Origin: an uncultured bacterium
GTDB lineage: Bacteria; JAJVIF01; JAPKYR01
Reading direction: 5' to 3'
DNA: 64,000 nt
Assembly (NCBI GenBank): GCA_965369865.1
Contig: CBDURU010000001.1
Span: 61,175-125,174, forward strand
The notes under the pieces were generated by a model, which worked only from the letters and a program-made list of their open reading frames with translations, was not told where the DNA came from and ran no database searches. Made by a program: the position numbers and the translations under genes. Positions 1-10,182 of this stretch are shown one piece after another. Positions within the stretch are counted from its first letter, which is position 1. Every line of letters starts with the position of its first letter.

Positions 1-606
1 TTTAGATTCAAACCCGACCTGTTCATCAATCCGGTTCAGCGGGCGGAAACCATACAGAGGTTCCCAGTCGTACTGCTCCACATGCTGGTTCGTGCGACCG
101 TGCACCATCATCGCCCAGACGATCATGTTCCACATCACCGATCCGTTCTGCCACGGGACATTCACGACCGGATCGGGAAGCGCGACAATCGGCACGATCG
201 CTTTGACCGCGGGATGATGGCCGAATGTCTGTACCCAGACCGAATAGCCTTCATAAGACCTTCCCAGAAGTGCGATGCTGCCATCGCAGAAATCCTGCTC
301 CGCAAGCCACTTCTGGGCGGCAAGACCATCGCGGGCCTCGTTGAAAAACGGTTCCCATTCGCCTCCCGAATCGTATCGTCCTCTCACATCCTGGATCGCG
401 ACAGCGTATCCGTTCGACGCGAACTCCCTGCATAACGGAATTTTTTTAACTGGATCGTTGTTATTGTATGGAGTCCTTATGAGAATACAGGGAAACGGCC
501 CGCCAGTATCGGGTAGATAGACATCGGTTGAGAGGCGTATCCCATCATCCGCGGGACATCCGAGATCGAGGAGAACTTTGATATCGTTAATTGGTCGCTT
601 GGACAC
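1..606 (-). CDS. CocE/NonD family serine hydrolase (S15-like), 5' part; runs off the window start
   Basis: Not in the ORF track. Manual minus-strand translation from GTG at 606 (GGAG upstream) gives MSKRPINDIKVLLDLGCPADDGIRLSTDVYLP..PCILIRTPY..GYAVAIQDVRGRYDSGG..LLGRSYEG, i.e. the CocE motifs RTPY, DxRG and nucleophile GxSYxG. Confidence 0.9.
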   Translation of the reverse strand, partial: MSKRPINDIKVLLDLGCPADDGIRLSTDVYLPDTGGPFPCILIRTPYNNNDPVKKIPLCREFASNGYAVAIQDVRGRYDSGGEWEPFFNEARDGLAAQKWLAEQDFCDGSIALLGRSYEGYSVWVQTFGHHPAVKAIVPIVALPDPVVNVPWQNGSVMWNMIVWAMMVHGRTNQHVEQYDWEPLYGFRPLNRIDEQVGFESK

Positions 607-943
607 GGCAACACTCCGGAGAAAGGATTGCTTAAGGCTATGATTGTAGTGGATGAGGGGTACCGGGGCAAGGTTGGTGACGATCCCGATCATCATCTTC
701 CTTCCTGGTGGATGACAACGCGCAGGCACATCGGTCGTTCACCAGGAAGCAGTGCTTGATTGTCGGCGACCTTCAACATTGCCTAACTGGTCACATCGAT
801 GCCGTCGAGGAGTACATTCCGGGTGTTCGCATCGTGTATGTTATCCATCGCTTCGATTGCCAGGTTCGCCCCCTCGGCGATGGTTCCCACAGTCTAATAC
901 CAATTTTAGATTCAGGGACACCTTTCCATGAATTCAAAGCGTA

Positions 944-1110
944 TAAGACCAATACCGTTAAATAAAAATTGATTGGACATATTTAGAATTTAGGGGGACA
1001 CCTGCTTTTCGACAGGCGAAAAGAGGTGTCCCCGATATTAGATTTACGTCGGCAAGCACGTTCGACCCGAAGATTTTCAAGGCGTGCGGGATGGAGATGT
1101 CTTACTGAGC
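944..1110. repeat. Dispersed modular intergenic repeat, copy 1 (X segment + GGGGACACC/GGTGTCCCC hairpin + GGCAAGCACGTT segment)
   Basis: Aligns by eye to 60888-61013 and 61045-61173; hairpin at 994-1033. Confidence 0.85.
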
Positions 1111-1149
1111 AGGTTTGCGATCAATGAGTGTTCGTGTATTTCTCTGACC

Positions 1150-1632
1150 TCATTCTTGTGGGCATTTACGGAGGTCTCGAATCTCGCTCAGGATGCGGCT
1201 CGTGATGATCCCGACAGCGGTCTCGACCTCCGGGGACAGGCCTTCTCCCATATTAAAATCCTTCCCTTCAACACCATAAACGATTACCCTTCGCGGAAGC
1301 TGGCCCAGTGCGCGAGCGAAACCTATTGCCTCAGGGATGCTGAAAGCGTGGGTTGAGCATCGAAAGCTGTCAACCGGAATCTCCTCCTGAATCGCATCGA
1401 ACCGGAATAGGTGCCCCGCGTCCGCGCTTGAGCGCACTGCATCGACGAGGATTACCGTGTCGGCGTTACCTAACAGTTCGATCAGTGTTGCCACTTCGCC
1501 ATGGTTTTCATAAACCCGAACATCTTCGGGTGCTCGTTCACTTATCTCCCGGGCAATGACAAGCCCTACCGAGTCATCTCTGCGATGAGGATTCCCGACA
1601 CCAATCACAAGAAGCCTACTGTCGTTATCCAT
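1150..1632 (-). CDS. Hydrogenase maturation endopeptidase (HyaD/HycI family)
   Basis: Motifs VIGVGNPHRRDDSVG, VILVDAV, STHAFSI; directly downstream of the large subunit. Confidence 0.95.
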   Translation of the reverse strand: MDNDSRLLVIGVGNPHRRDDSVGLVIAREISERAPEDVRVYENHGEVATLIELLGNADTVILVDAVRSSADAGHLFRFDAIQEEIPVDSFRCSTHAFSIPEAIGFARALGQLPRRVIVYGVEGKDFNMGEGLSPEVETAVGIITSRILSEIRDLRKCPQE

Positions 1633-1653
1633 GACAAGAATGGTACTATGGCT

Positions 1654-2943
1654 CTATTCGCGGTCTACTTTGAGGTTCAGGAAGTGGCACGAGCATGAGA
1701 TGCACGGGTCGTAGTTGCGAATCAGCTGTTCACACTGCCATTGGAGTTTGTCATCGGGCAAATTGATATTTTCCTCCACAAAATTCCGGAGGTCACTCTC
1801 AATCATCCCCTGGTTCTGAGAGGTGGGCGGGATGATTTTAGCGTCGAGAATAATGCCTTTGTCATCGATCTTATAGCGATGGTAACAGGTTCCGCGTGGT
1901 GCTTCGGAGACGCCGTAGCCAACGCCCGCCCGGGGCGGGACATCGACGAAGGGTTTATCCGGCACCTCGTAATCCTCGATTATCCTTAAGCTCTCCTGAA
2001 GTGCGTACAGGCATTCCACGCTGCGAGCGATTATGCTTTTGAATGGGTTGCCGCACACCGGTTCAAGGCCCGCCTTGGCAGCAAAGTCACGGGCTGTTGG
2101 GGTGAGCAGGTTGTAACAAAGATTGAAACGGGCAAGGGGACCTACATGGTAAATCCCATGCCCCTTGCGGATGCAATGCAGCGATGTGCTGTGCTCGACA
2201 TGCTCCTCCTGGAAGTTGTCCTCAAACTTGTTAATCTCAGCAACGAGACCCTTGTTGGAAACTATCCAACCTTCATTGAACGGATACTCGTCTGGATGGC
2301 GCATGCACACAAACTCGTAATCCTGTTCGAAGTCTGGAAAGGGCAGAGAACCGGTCCAGAGAACGGTTTTCTTAGCTTCCTCAATTGCCCAATTTATCCT
2401 TTCCCTGAGAGGCTCGAGGTCCTTTTTCACCGGAACTTTGTAGAAACCGCCCACGCGAGGACTGATCGGGTGGATTTCCCTTCCGCCCAGGAGGATACAG
2501 ATCTCGTTCCCCAGCTTTTTTAATTGCAAACCGCGCTGGACAACTTCGGGGTGATCCTTGGCCATCTGGATCGCATCCTGGTAACCGAGGAAGTCGGGAG
2601 CGTGGAGCATGAAGATGTGCAGGTAGTGGCTTTCCAGCCACTCACCGCACACCAGAAGCCTGCGAAGCTCCCTGATGGGTCCCTCAACCGTGACCCCGCA
2701 AGCGTCTTCCATTGCCTGTGACGAGGCCATCTGGTACGTGACGGGACAGATGCCGCAGATTCGGGCGGTGATGTCGGGAGCTTCGGTATACTTACGGCCG
2801 CGCAGGAACCCCTCGAAGAACCTTGGCGCCTCGAAAATTTTCAGTTTGACGTCTTTGACAATATTGTCCTTGATTTTTATATACAAGGAGCCTTCACCTT
2901 CGACGCGTGCGAGGTAGTCCACCTTTATCGTTCTACTTTTCAT
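1654..2943 (-). CDS. hydA: Group 3b [NiFe]-hydrogenase (sulfhydrogenase) alpha/large subunit
   Basis: Start refined to [18 protein letters not shown] (ATG 2943). L1 ARICGICPV and L2 [10 protein letters not shown] motifs, plus a short cleavable C-terminal tail. Confidence 0.95.
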   Translation of the reverse strand: MKSRTIKVDYLARVEGEGSLYIKIKDNIVKDVKLKIFEAPRFFEGFLRGRKYTEAPDITARICGICPVTYQMASSQAMEDACGVTVEGPIRELRRLLVCGEWLESHYLHIFMLHAPDFLGYQDAIQMAKDHPEVVQRGLQLKKLGNEICILLGGREIHPISPRVGGFYKVPVKKDLEPLRERINWAIEEAKKTVLWTGSLPFPDFEQDYEFVCMRHPDEYPFNEGWIVSNKGLVAEINKFEDNFQEEHVEHSTSLHCIRKGHGIYHVGPLARFNLCYNLLTPTARDFAAKAGLEPVCGNPFKSIIARSVECLYALQESLRIIEDYEVPDKPFVDVPPRAGVGYGVSEAPRGTCYHRYKIDDKGIILDAKIIPPTSQNQGMIESDLRNFVEENINLPDDKLQWQCEQLIRNYDPCISCSCHFLNLKVDRE

Positions 2944-3712
2944 ACGCTTCACTCTCCTTGCGGAAGGCATCAGCATAGGCGTTGAAGGTGCGGAAACTCC
3001 GCATAATGTCGCCACCCGAGACACCAAGCTTCTCCCATCTTTTGCTCAACGAGCTGGTGTTGGGTGTCTCTTTCGGACCGAAACAACCATAACAACCACG
3101 GTTATAGGCCGGACAGATAGCCCCGCACCCGGCTTGAGTGACGGGACCGAGGCATGGAGTGCCATGTGCGACCATCACGCAGGTAATTCCTTTCATCTTG
3201 CACTCCATACATACACTGTACCGTGGAATATTCGGCTTGCGATCGTTGAGGTAAGCGCTTAACAGCTCAACGAGTTGGTATTTATTGATCGGGCAGCCTC
3301 GCAATTCGAAGTCAACATGAACGTGATCGGAAATGGGAGTCGACTTGCTTAGTGTTTCGATGTACTCCGGGACAGCATAAACAATCGACACAAAATCCTG
3401 AACATCTTTGAAGTTACGCAGGGCTTGAATTCCACCGGCAGTGGCACAGGCGCCAATAGTCACGAGGAGCTTGGACTTGCGGCGAATCTTGTGAATGTGC
3501 TCAGCATCGTGTGGTGTTGTTATTGAACCCTCAACCAGTGAGATATCATATGGCCCTTTTACTTCTGCACGAGTCGCCTCCGGGAAATACGCGAAAATGA
3601 CCTCGCCGGCTACTGCTAGGAGTTCATCCTCGCAGTCCAAAAGGCTAAGCTGGCAACCGTCGCAGGATGCGAACTTCCAGACCGCGAGTTTAGGTTTTGC
3701 CCTTCGTGCCAT
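2933..3712 (-). CDS. hydD: Group 3b hydrogenase delta/small subunit
   Basis: [21 protein letters not shown] and distal CMEC..CLGP..GCGAICP..CYGCFGP Fe-S motifs. Confidence 0.93.
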   Translation of the reverse strand: MARRAKPKLAVWKFASCDGCQLSLLDCEDELLAVAGEVIFAYFPEATRAEVKGPYDISLVEGSITTPHDAEHIHKIRRKSKLLVTIGACATAGGIQALRNFKDVQDFVSIVYAVPEYIETLSKSTPISDHVHVDFELRGCPINKYQLVELLSAYLNDRKPNIPRYSVCMECKMKGITCVMVAHGTPCLGPVTQAGCGAICPAYNRGCYGCFGPKETPNTSSLSKRWEKLGVSGGDIMRSFRTFNAYADAFRKESEAYEK

Positions 3713-3713
3713 G

Positions 3714-4553
3714 TCAGATTTCTCTCCTTTCGAAGAATTCCCTTATCTCTCCCATGCAGAAAATCGGGCCATCCTTGCATATGAAATACGGTCCGAACTG
3801 ACAGTGACCACAGTGACCGATCCCGCATTTCATATTGCGTTCCATTGAAATGTAAATATTCTCATCATCAACTCCTCGCTTCTGCAGCTCGAGGAGCGTA
3901 TAACGCATCATGACTTCAGGGCCGCAAATGAAGGCGGTGGTGCTGTAGGGGTCGAATAGTGCGTTAGGAATCAAGGCGGTCACCAATGCCACATTACCAT
4001 GCCAATCGGCCCGAGCGGTATCGACGGTAACTCTAACATCGAGGTCAAACCGCCCACGCCAGTGTTCGAGTTGCTTCCTATACAGCATCTCGCCGGGTGA
4101 CCTTGCACCGTAGAGCAGGATGATTTTCCCGTACTTCTCGCGGTTAGCAAGCAGGTGGTAGATCGCCGGGCGTAAGGGTGCCAGACCGATGCCCCCTGTT
4201 ACCATGACGATATCGTTCCCTTCAGCCTGCTCGAGCGGCCAGCCGGTTCCGAATGGACCGCGAACCCCAATGACACTTCCAGGATCTAACTTGCACAGCG
4301 AATTAGTCACCGCGCCAACAGCTCGAATGGTATGTACCAGCTTCTCTGGTGTAGCCGGGTCGCTACTAATTGATATTGGGACTTCTCCTTTGCCAAAGGC
4401 ATAAAGCATATTGAACTGCCCCGGGGTAAAGGAGGTTATTGTCTTTTTCGATGCGGATTCGATATCAAGGACAAAGGTATCGTGCGTCTCCCGCTTAATC
4501 TTCAGGACACGGTATTGAATAGTTACCATTGGCTCTGTCATGATTTCGGCCAT
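3714..4553 (-). CDS. hydG: Group 3b hydrogenase gamma subunit (FAD/NAD(P)-binding, 2Fe-2S)
   Basis: [52 protein letters not shown]. Confidence 0.93.
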   Translation of the reverse strand: MAEIMTEPMVTIQYRVLKIKRETHDTFVLDIESASKKTITSFTPGQFNMLYAFGKGEVPISISSDPATPEKLVHTIRAVGAVTNSLCKLDPGSVIGVRGPFGTGWPLEQAEGNDIVMVTGGIGLAPLRPAIYHLLANREKYGKIILLYGARSPGEMLYRKQLEHWRGRFDLDVRVTVDTARADWHGNVALVTALIPNALFDPYSTTAFICGPEVMMRYTLLELQKRGVDDENIYISMERNMKCGIGHCGHCQFGPYFICKDGPIFCMGEIREFFERREI

Positions 4554-4566
4554 TTGTTACCACCTT

Positions 4567-5028
4567 TCAGGAGTGATCTCCGTAGATATCCAATAACTGC
4601 ATTCTGGTTGCTTCGATCAGCTTGGACATCATCTGGGAAGTTCGTTTCAGGAGCTCATAACCCATTTGATGGTTTTCTTCACATATCTCGCGTAAACGCA
4701 ACCCGTCGACACAGATGGTTCGAGTCAATTCAATTGCTCTGACATCAAAACGGCACTGGTAAGGTGGAATCAGCCAGCAGTAACCCAGGACCTCGTTTTC
4801 ACCGAGGGTTGAAACTATAATTGGGTCACGGTCGGGCGTGAAAACCTCAACTGCCACCTTGCCAAATAGAATCAGAAAGAAACAGGTGCCCGGGTCATCC
4901 TCGCGCATCAGGAAGTCACCGAGATTGTAGTTTATCCTCGTGCTGTGTTCAGCGATGGCTTCAATTTGTTGCGGCTCAAGACCGTTAAAGAACTGGTGTT
5001 CTGACAGGATGTTTATGATTTGATCCAA
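4567..5028 (-). CDS. Stand-alone cyclic nucleotide-binding (Crp-type effector) domain protein, no HTH
   Basis: TTG start with AGGAGG RBS; FFNGL..YNLGDFLMREDDPGTCFFLILFGKV..LGENEVLG pattern; paralogous to the C-terminus of the upstream gene. Confidence 0.88.
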   Translation of the reverse strand: MDQIINILSEHQFFNGLEPQQIEAIAEHSTRINYNLGDFLMREDDPGTCFFLILFGKVAVEVFTPDRDPIIVSTLGENEVLGYCWLIPPYQCRFDVRAIELTRTICVDGLRLREICEENHQMGYELLKRTSQMMSKLIEATRMQLLDIYGDHS

Positions 5029-5118
5029 CGGAATCCTCCTTTCAAAGTCTCATCTGCAAGATGCTTTTTCAACATTGTGTGGGTTTGTATGATGAGTAAG
5101 GATGTTATTACTGGTCTT

Positions 5119-6747
5119 TCATGTGTGGTCTCCGTAGACATCAAGTAGCTGCATTCTGGTTGCTTCCATCCGCTGCCCGATTACCTCAGAGATGTATCTG
5201 TTTATAAGGTAACCCAGGTGAGGATCCTTATCGCATTCTTCCCTAAGCAGCTGGGCTTCCACAGCAATCGCTCTGGTGAGCTCAACAGCCCGGGCATCGA
5301 AATGCCACTTGTACGGGGGAATGAACCAAGACCAGCCAAGCAATTCTCCCTCACCGATGGTTTGTACGATTATTGCACCACGCTCCGGTGCGAAGGTCTC
5401 TATTGCCACCGTGCCAAACCGGATCAGGTAGAAGCGATCGGCATCTTCTCCCGCGCGAATTATAAACTCGCCCGGGTTGAACCGTACTATTGACGAGCAT
5501 TCTGTAATCAGGTCAAGGTATTCATCGCCTAAATCCCTGATTATTGGGTGTTCCGCCAGCATGCGCCTTACTGTTTCGAAACTCTTGTCCCTGCTTAGAA
5601 CACAGGTCTTGCAGACAGGTTCGACCCATTGGATAGCCCGGACTTCCTCAGTGATGTCAATTCCAGCGGGGCACCAGGTTATACAGCGACCGCACCCAAC
5701 ACATCCTAAGGTGCCGAATTGATCCTGCCATGTAGCCAGTTTGTGAGTCAGCCACTGACGATACCTGGACTTTGAGGACGTGCGCGTACTTCCTCCGTGT
5801 ATGAAAGCGAAATCAACTGTGAAACAAGAATCCCATCGTCGTATGCGCTCGGCAACCTGGCCTTTCAGATCGGTAATGTCCTCTGTAGTATTACAGAAAC
5901 AGGTCGGGCAGACCATCGTGCAGTTCCCGCAGCTTAAGCACCGCTCTGCAACATCGTCCCAACGCCCATGCTCATAATTGTTATATAGCAAGTCTTTCAG
6001 GTTGGTTGTGTCCAATGTGCGGCCCATTTCTCCAATGGCTTTTTCGGTTAGCTGCTCCGCCGCCTGGTTCTCCGCTTCGCCTGCAGGACGGATTGGTACA
6101 TCTTTTAATACTTTCGTACCCGCTTCGTTGCCGATCTCGACCAGGAAATAATGATGTTCCTTTTCCAATATCTCTGTAAGCGCAAGATCGAATCCCGACT
6201 TGGCCCTGGGTCCCGTATCCATTGATGCGCAAAAACAAGTGCCGCCAGGTTGTGTACAGTTCACTACGACAATTAATGCGTTTCCCCGTATTGATTCATA
6301 GATCTGGTCCTTGTAATCCCCGCTTGTGAATATCTTATCGTGAATTTCTATCGCATGAAGGTCGCAGGGGCGGACACCTATAAATGCATACTTGGGAACC
6401 TCTCCGTTCCCATGGATGAGATGAAATCCATTACCTTTACGTTTTGCTTCCCATAAACTGGCAGTTGGAGGATGGAGAAACTGCTTCCAGGAATGCTGAC
6501 CAACCGCGTAACCAAAAAACGCACCATCTTCTCGCTTTTCAAGACGATATGTGCCTGTATCCTGATTGTCAGTCATACCGATGGGAAGGTCGCTGATCGA
6601 GTTCAACTCACCATACACTATTGCCTCATCACGGACTGTTGGGCCCACCACGGAATAGCCCATGTTGAGCAGGTTGTTGAGGAGATGCTGAAGGTCGCCA
6701 GCGTCCAGAACATAGGTTTCTCCAAGTTGAATTGCTTGTTCTTCCAT
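5119..6747 (-). CDS. hydB: Group 3b hydrogenase beta subunit (2x4Fe-4S) fused to a C-terminal cNMP-binding domain
   Basis: GVRPCD, CFCASM, CLSCGNCTMVCPTCFC, CVGCGRCITWCPAGID, followed by ~150 aa cNMP-like domain (FNPGEFIIRAGEDADRFYLIRFG..GEGELLGWSW). Confidence 0.92.
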   Translation of the reverse strand: MEEQAIQLGETYVLDAGDLQHLLNNLLNMGYSVVGPTVRDEAIVYGELNSISDLPIGMTDNQDTGTYRLEKREDGAFFGYAVGQHSWKQFLHPPTASLWEAKRKGNGFHLIHGNGEVPKYAFIGVRPCDLHAIEIHDKIFTSGDYKDQIYESIRGNALIVVVNCTQPGGTCFCASMDTGPRAKSGFDLALTEILEKEHHYFLVEIGNEAGTKVLKDVPIRPAGEAENQAAEQLTEKAIGEMGRTLDTTNLKDLLYNNYEHGRWDDVAERCLSCGNCTMVCPTCFCNTTEDITDLKGQVAERIRRWDSCFTVDFAFIHGGSTRTSSKSRYRQWLTHKLATWQDQFGTLGCVGCGRCITWCPAGIDITEEVRAIQWVEPVCKTCVLSRDKSFETVRRMLAEHPIIRDLGDEYLDLITECSSIVRFNPGEFIIRAGEDADRFYLIRFGTVAIETFAPERGAIIVQTIGEGELLGWSWFIPPYKWHFDARAVELTRAIAVEAQLLREECDKDPHLGYLINRYISEVIGQRMEATRMQLLDVYGDHT

Positions 6748-7044
6748 TCACATACTCCTCCCAAACCATATCCTGTGATAATTAAAGTTGAATTCCGGTT
6801 CAATAAAATTTTTACAGTTCAAAACCTGGCACTAACACGGTAACAATTGAACCATGATGAAACGCTGTCAGGTTGATAAAATAATCCCCCTGGGAGCTTT
6901 GGAGGCATGAAATAAGGCTAAAAAATCCCAGCCATTTCCTGATGCTGGGCAGCCCCCGTATGTACCCAATTTTCAAACTTCTTTGCAGCCTTACCCCTTA
7001 ATTAGGAACATTACTCCAGGTTTTAAGCCTTGTCAATGGCTGGC

Positions 7045-7062
7045 TTGAGATTTTTTTCACAA
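7045..7062. promoter_or_regulatory. Possible Rex/Crp-type operator TTGAGATTTTTTTCACAA in the divergent intergenic region
   Basis: 12/14 match to TTGTGAA-N4-TTCACAA and 9/10 to TGTGA-N6-TCACA; AT-rich context, so a chance match is possible. Confidence 0.3.
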
Positions 7063-7334
7063 AAAATCCACTTCGTGTCACATTTCTCAAGGGCTACGAT
7101 TGTTAAGTAAAACTACTGAATCCAGGTTCAATTACGATCTTCACAAGCAATGGAAGTTCACGTTTTTCATCCATGGATAAGGTTTGAGTCGCGTGGGTTT
7201 GTACCCACCGGAGATTGATGTATAATATTGACCCCAGTAGAGTTGGCATTTGGGATCAAAATTCAGGAAAAGTATAATTAGAGTCTGACGGTATACAGCC
7301 TTCTTCAGGTTGCTAATTAGAAGAGGACAATACC

Positions 7335-8873
7335 ATGCAACTTCCAAGAATTGTTATGTCAGGGGCTTCAGGCTTTGTTGGGCGGCATCTCCTGGACGCC
7401 TTAAAGGGGAAATACAAAATTTTCGCTTTGGCCCGTCGTTCGCAACGCCGTTGCGGTGCTCCAATCCATCCCAATATTTTATGGCATCGTGTTGACATTG
7501 GAGATGTCGAGCCATTGGAGGCAATCTTTCAGAGGATTGTAAACGGCGGGGGTGCGGATATATTCATCCATCTTGCGGCATATTACGATTTCTCCGGAGA
7601 GGAACATCCAGAGTATTGGCGAACCAACGTAGATGGGCTGCGCAACATTCTGAATCTCTGCAAACAATTACGGCTGAAGAAATTTGTTTTCGCCAGTTCC
7701 ACAGCCGCCTGCAATTTTACCCGCGCTGGTGAGGTCCTGAACGAAAACAGCCCTCCCGATGGTGAACATATCTATGCCAGAACCAAAAGGATTGGGGAGG
7801 AAATGCTCAGAGAATATTCTGAGTCTGTCCCCTCAACCATCGTTCGATTTGCTGCCTTATTCTCTGATTGGTGTGAATATCCACCCATATACATGTTTCT
7901 GGATAGCTGGCTCTCGAATATCTGGATATCCCGTATACTTGCGGGCAAGGGTAGGAGCTCCATCCCATATCTGCACATACGTGATGTAGTCTCCTTCATT
8001 GATAATCTTCTGAACCGGATGGATGATATTGAGCCCGGGGAGATTTTCATAGCCTCCCCCGATGGTGCAGTGACTCACCAACAGCTCTTTGATGCGGCAA
8101 CATTGGCATTCTACGGACAAACGAAGAAAGCGATCCTCTTACCGAAGTTCTTGTGCCGCACTGGAATAATCTTTCGAAGGACCCTTGGGAGAATCACCGG
8201 ATATCACCCTTTTGAGAATCCCTGGATGTGCAAGTACATCGACCTTCAGATGAATATGGATGTAAGCAGGACCCGGGAGCGCCTTGGCTGGCATCCGAGA
8301 CCCCGGCTCGATATCCTGCGTCGAATCCCCTTTATCGTGGAAAATTTCAGGGCTGAACCGGGCGAATGGGTCCATAGGAATACAGCAGCCCTGAAAGCGG
8401 TCCCACAATTACTGCACCTGAAAATCCACAGCCTTTTGAAAGTCCATGAACGGGAGATCAAGGTAGCGATAACGGAACATATCCTGAGCCCGGAAGGCCA
8501 GAAAAAGTTTTCAAATTACCAGGATATGCCTGCCAAGGATCAAAAATGGGCTCGGAACCAGGTGTTCCTCCACTTGGCAAACGCTATTCGAGCCCAGGAC
8601 AAATCCGTGTTCAAGGCGTATTGCCAGGAGCTTGCGGAACATCGATTCGAGCAGGGTTTCAGCCTGCAGAATGTATGCGACGCGCTTGTGGTTTGGAATG
8701 AAGTCTGTATACGTATTCTTGAAGAGGACCCCGCCTCGACTGACCTTCCCAAAAATGCGCTCAGGGACTACGTTTCAATGACCATCCAATTCGGTATCGA
8801 TGAAGTTCAGGAGGTCTTCGAGCAGTTGGGGTCTGATGAATACCATCCATATTTGCTGGATATTGAAAGCTGA
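7335..8873 (+). CDS. Extended-SDR NAD-dependent epimerase/dehydratase with a C-terminal helical domain resembling RsbRD-N
   Basis: GASGFVG, HLAA, YARTK (YxxxK); C-terminal YCQELAEHRFEQGFSLQNVCDAL pattern. Confidence 0.8.
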   Translation: MQLPRIVMSGASGFVGRHLLDALKGKYKIFALARRSQRRCGAPIHPNILWHRVDIGDVEPLEAIFQRIVNGGGADIFIHLAAYYDFSGEEHPEYWRTNVDGLRNILNLCKQLRLKKFVFASSTAACNFTRAGEVLNENSPPDGEHIYARTKRIGEEMLREYSESVPSTIVRFAALFSDWCEYPPIYMFLDSWLSNIWISRILAGKGRSSIPYLHIRDVVSFIDNLLNRMDDIEPGEIFIASPDGAVTHQQLFDAATLAFYGQTKKAILLPKFLCRTGIIFRRTLGRITGYHPFENPWMCKYIDLQMNMDVSRTRERLGWHPRPRLDILRRIPFIVENFRAEPGEWVHRNTAALKAVPQLLHLKIHSLLKVHEREIKVAITEHILSPEGQKKFSNYQDMPAKDQKWARNQVFLHLANAIRAQDKSVFKAYCQELAEHRFEQGFSLQNVCDALVVWNEVCIRILEEDPASTDLPKNALRDYVSMTIQFGIDEVQEVFEQLGSDEYHPYLLDIES

Positions 8874-8877
8874 TTGC

Positions 8878-9261
8878 TCACTCGACAGGCCTGGCTCTCA
8901 GGCTCTGGCGATGGATAACATAAACCACTATTCCCATCAGAGCGTCGGCAATACCGGAAAAAAGGACTACCCACCCCGATTCCCCCATGATGGTAATACT
9001 AAGAAGGAAGACGGTCGCGATCGCTTTTGCTGTCAGGAGCAACAGAACGCCCCTGTAACGGAAATGCTCGACCAGGTAACCAGTAGCCAGGACAATATGG
9101 AATATCCCTGCCTGACGGGGGAAAAAGAGTGGCTCGACATTCTCCCACCCGGCCAGCTGGAATCCCCAGGGAGGAGCCCAGAGCAAAACTATCCCGATAG
9201 CAAAACTATGCAATGCTATCAAAATAATGATGTACCGTTCTATCCTAGCCATTTTGCTCAC
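8878..9261 (-). CDS. Small four-TM membrane protein of unknown function
   Basis: Four hydrophobic stretches; convergent with the epimerase gene. Confidence 0.7.
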   Translation of the reverse strand: MSKMARIERYIIILIALHSFAIGIVLLWAPPWGFQLAGWENVEPLFFPRQAGIFHIVLATGYLVEHFRYRGVLLLLTAKAIATVFLLSITIMGESGWVVLFSGIADALMGIVVYVIHRQSLRARPVE

Positions 9262-9453
9262 CTTACGCGATATTAGGCCAGTCCTCCTCCTGAACGCCCG
9301 CCGTCCTGCTTGTCTGTTGACTTGAGGGTCCGAAGAATATCACGGACCAGCCGTAGCCAGCAAATGGACTGATCCAGGATCGCTGTTATGGATTCACCGG
9401 AGGCGTAAGCTCGACTTTCGCCAAAAATTTATAGGGTTGAGCACCTCTATGGC

Positions 9454-9930
9454 ATGGTTTGCTTATCAACAAAAAAGCCATGGAGGACTCAACCGATGAG
9501 TATTATAACACTGTTTTCCGAATTCTCTCAAGCAAGGATAAGGCAAAAGCATAAAAACCTGGTTGTGCTTCCAAGGGGCGCGAAACTCGACGAGAGGAAG
9601 ATGGCAAGGGCCCTTTCTAACTTGATTCTCAAACTTGTTCCAAAAGATAATGTTGTGAATCTTGTTATTGACGACACACTGGTCCGACGCTTCGGGCCGT
9701 ATGTCGCGGGGCTTTGGGTGCAATGCGATGGGTTGTCCTGGCCATCGAACGTGATACGCCAGGGATCACACTTTCCGGGTCAATATATTGGAAACCCCCT
9801 GCTTAAGATCAGGGGGATTATTTGCGCTTACTGGGGCGGATGGATTCGAACCATCGATACAGGCTCCAAAGGCCCGTGCCTTACCGCTTGGCGACGCCCC
9901 ACCGGACAAATAAAACGTAACAGCGCTTAA
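9454..9930 (+). pseudogene. Truncated DDE transposase fragment (IS701/IS4-like)
   Basis: LILKLVP..VNLVIDDTLVRRFGPYVAG resembles the first catalytic-Asp region of these transposases; similarity is lost afterwards and the ORF is far too short. Confidence 0.6.
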
Positions 9931-10039
9931 TTCGGCTGTCAAGAGGCTGTCATAATATTATCCGGAATTCTCATCCCCTGTAAGTGGAATCTTTGCAGTA
10001 CTGATGCGAATTCCGGAAAATATCTATTTTACTCCCTGC

Positions 10040-10068
10040 TTGACTCATATTGACTGCTTTAATATACT
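10040..10068 (+). promoter_or_regulatory. Sigma70-type promoter upstream of the C13-like peptidase gene
   Basis: TTGACT-N17-TATACT. Confidence 0.55.
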
Positions 10069-10182
10069 TTCCGGGTCTGCGTAGGAATTAAATCTGATTA
10101 ACCCGGTAGGCATGTGCGCGATCTGTGTGAGCAGCACATTTTTACATCTTAAAATCTCAGTGAGCCGACAGGAGGCTAAATA

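Noticed and set aside
640..895. Minus-strand coding-like stretch (VGTIAEGANLAIEAMDNIHDANTRNVLLDGIDVTS*AMLKV..)
   Set aside because: It has an internal stop and no recognisable family; possibly a gene relic, but not supportable.
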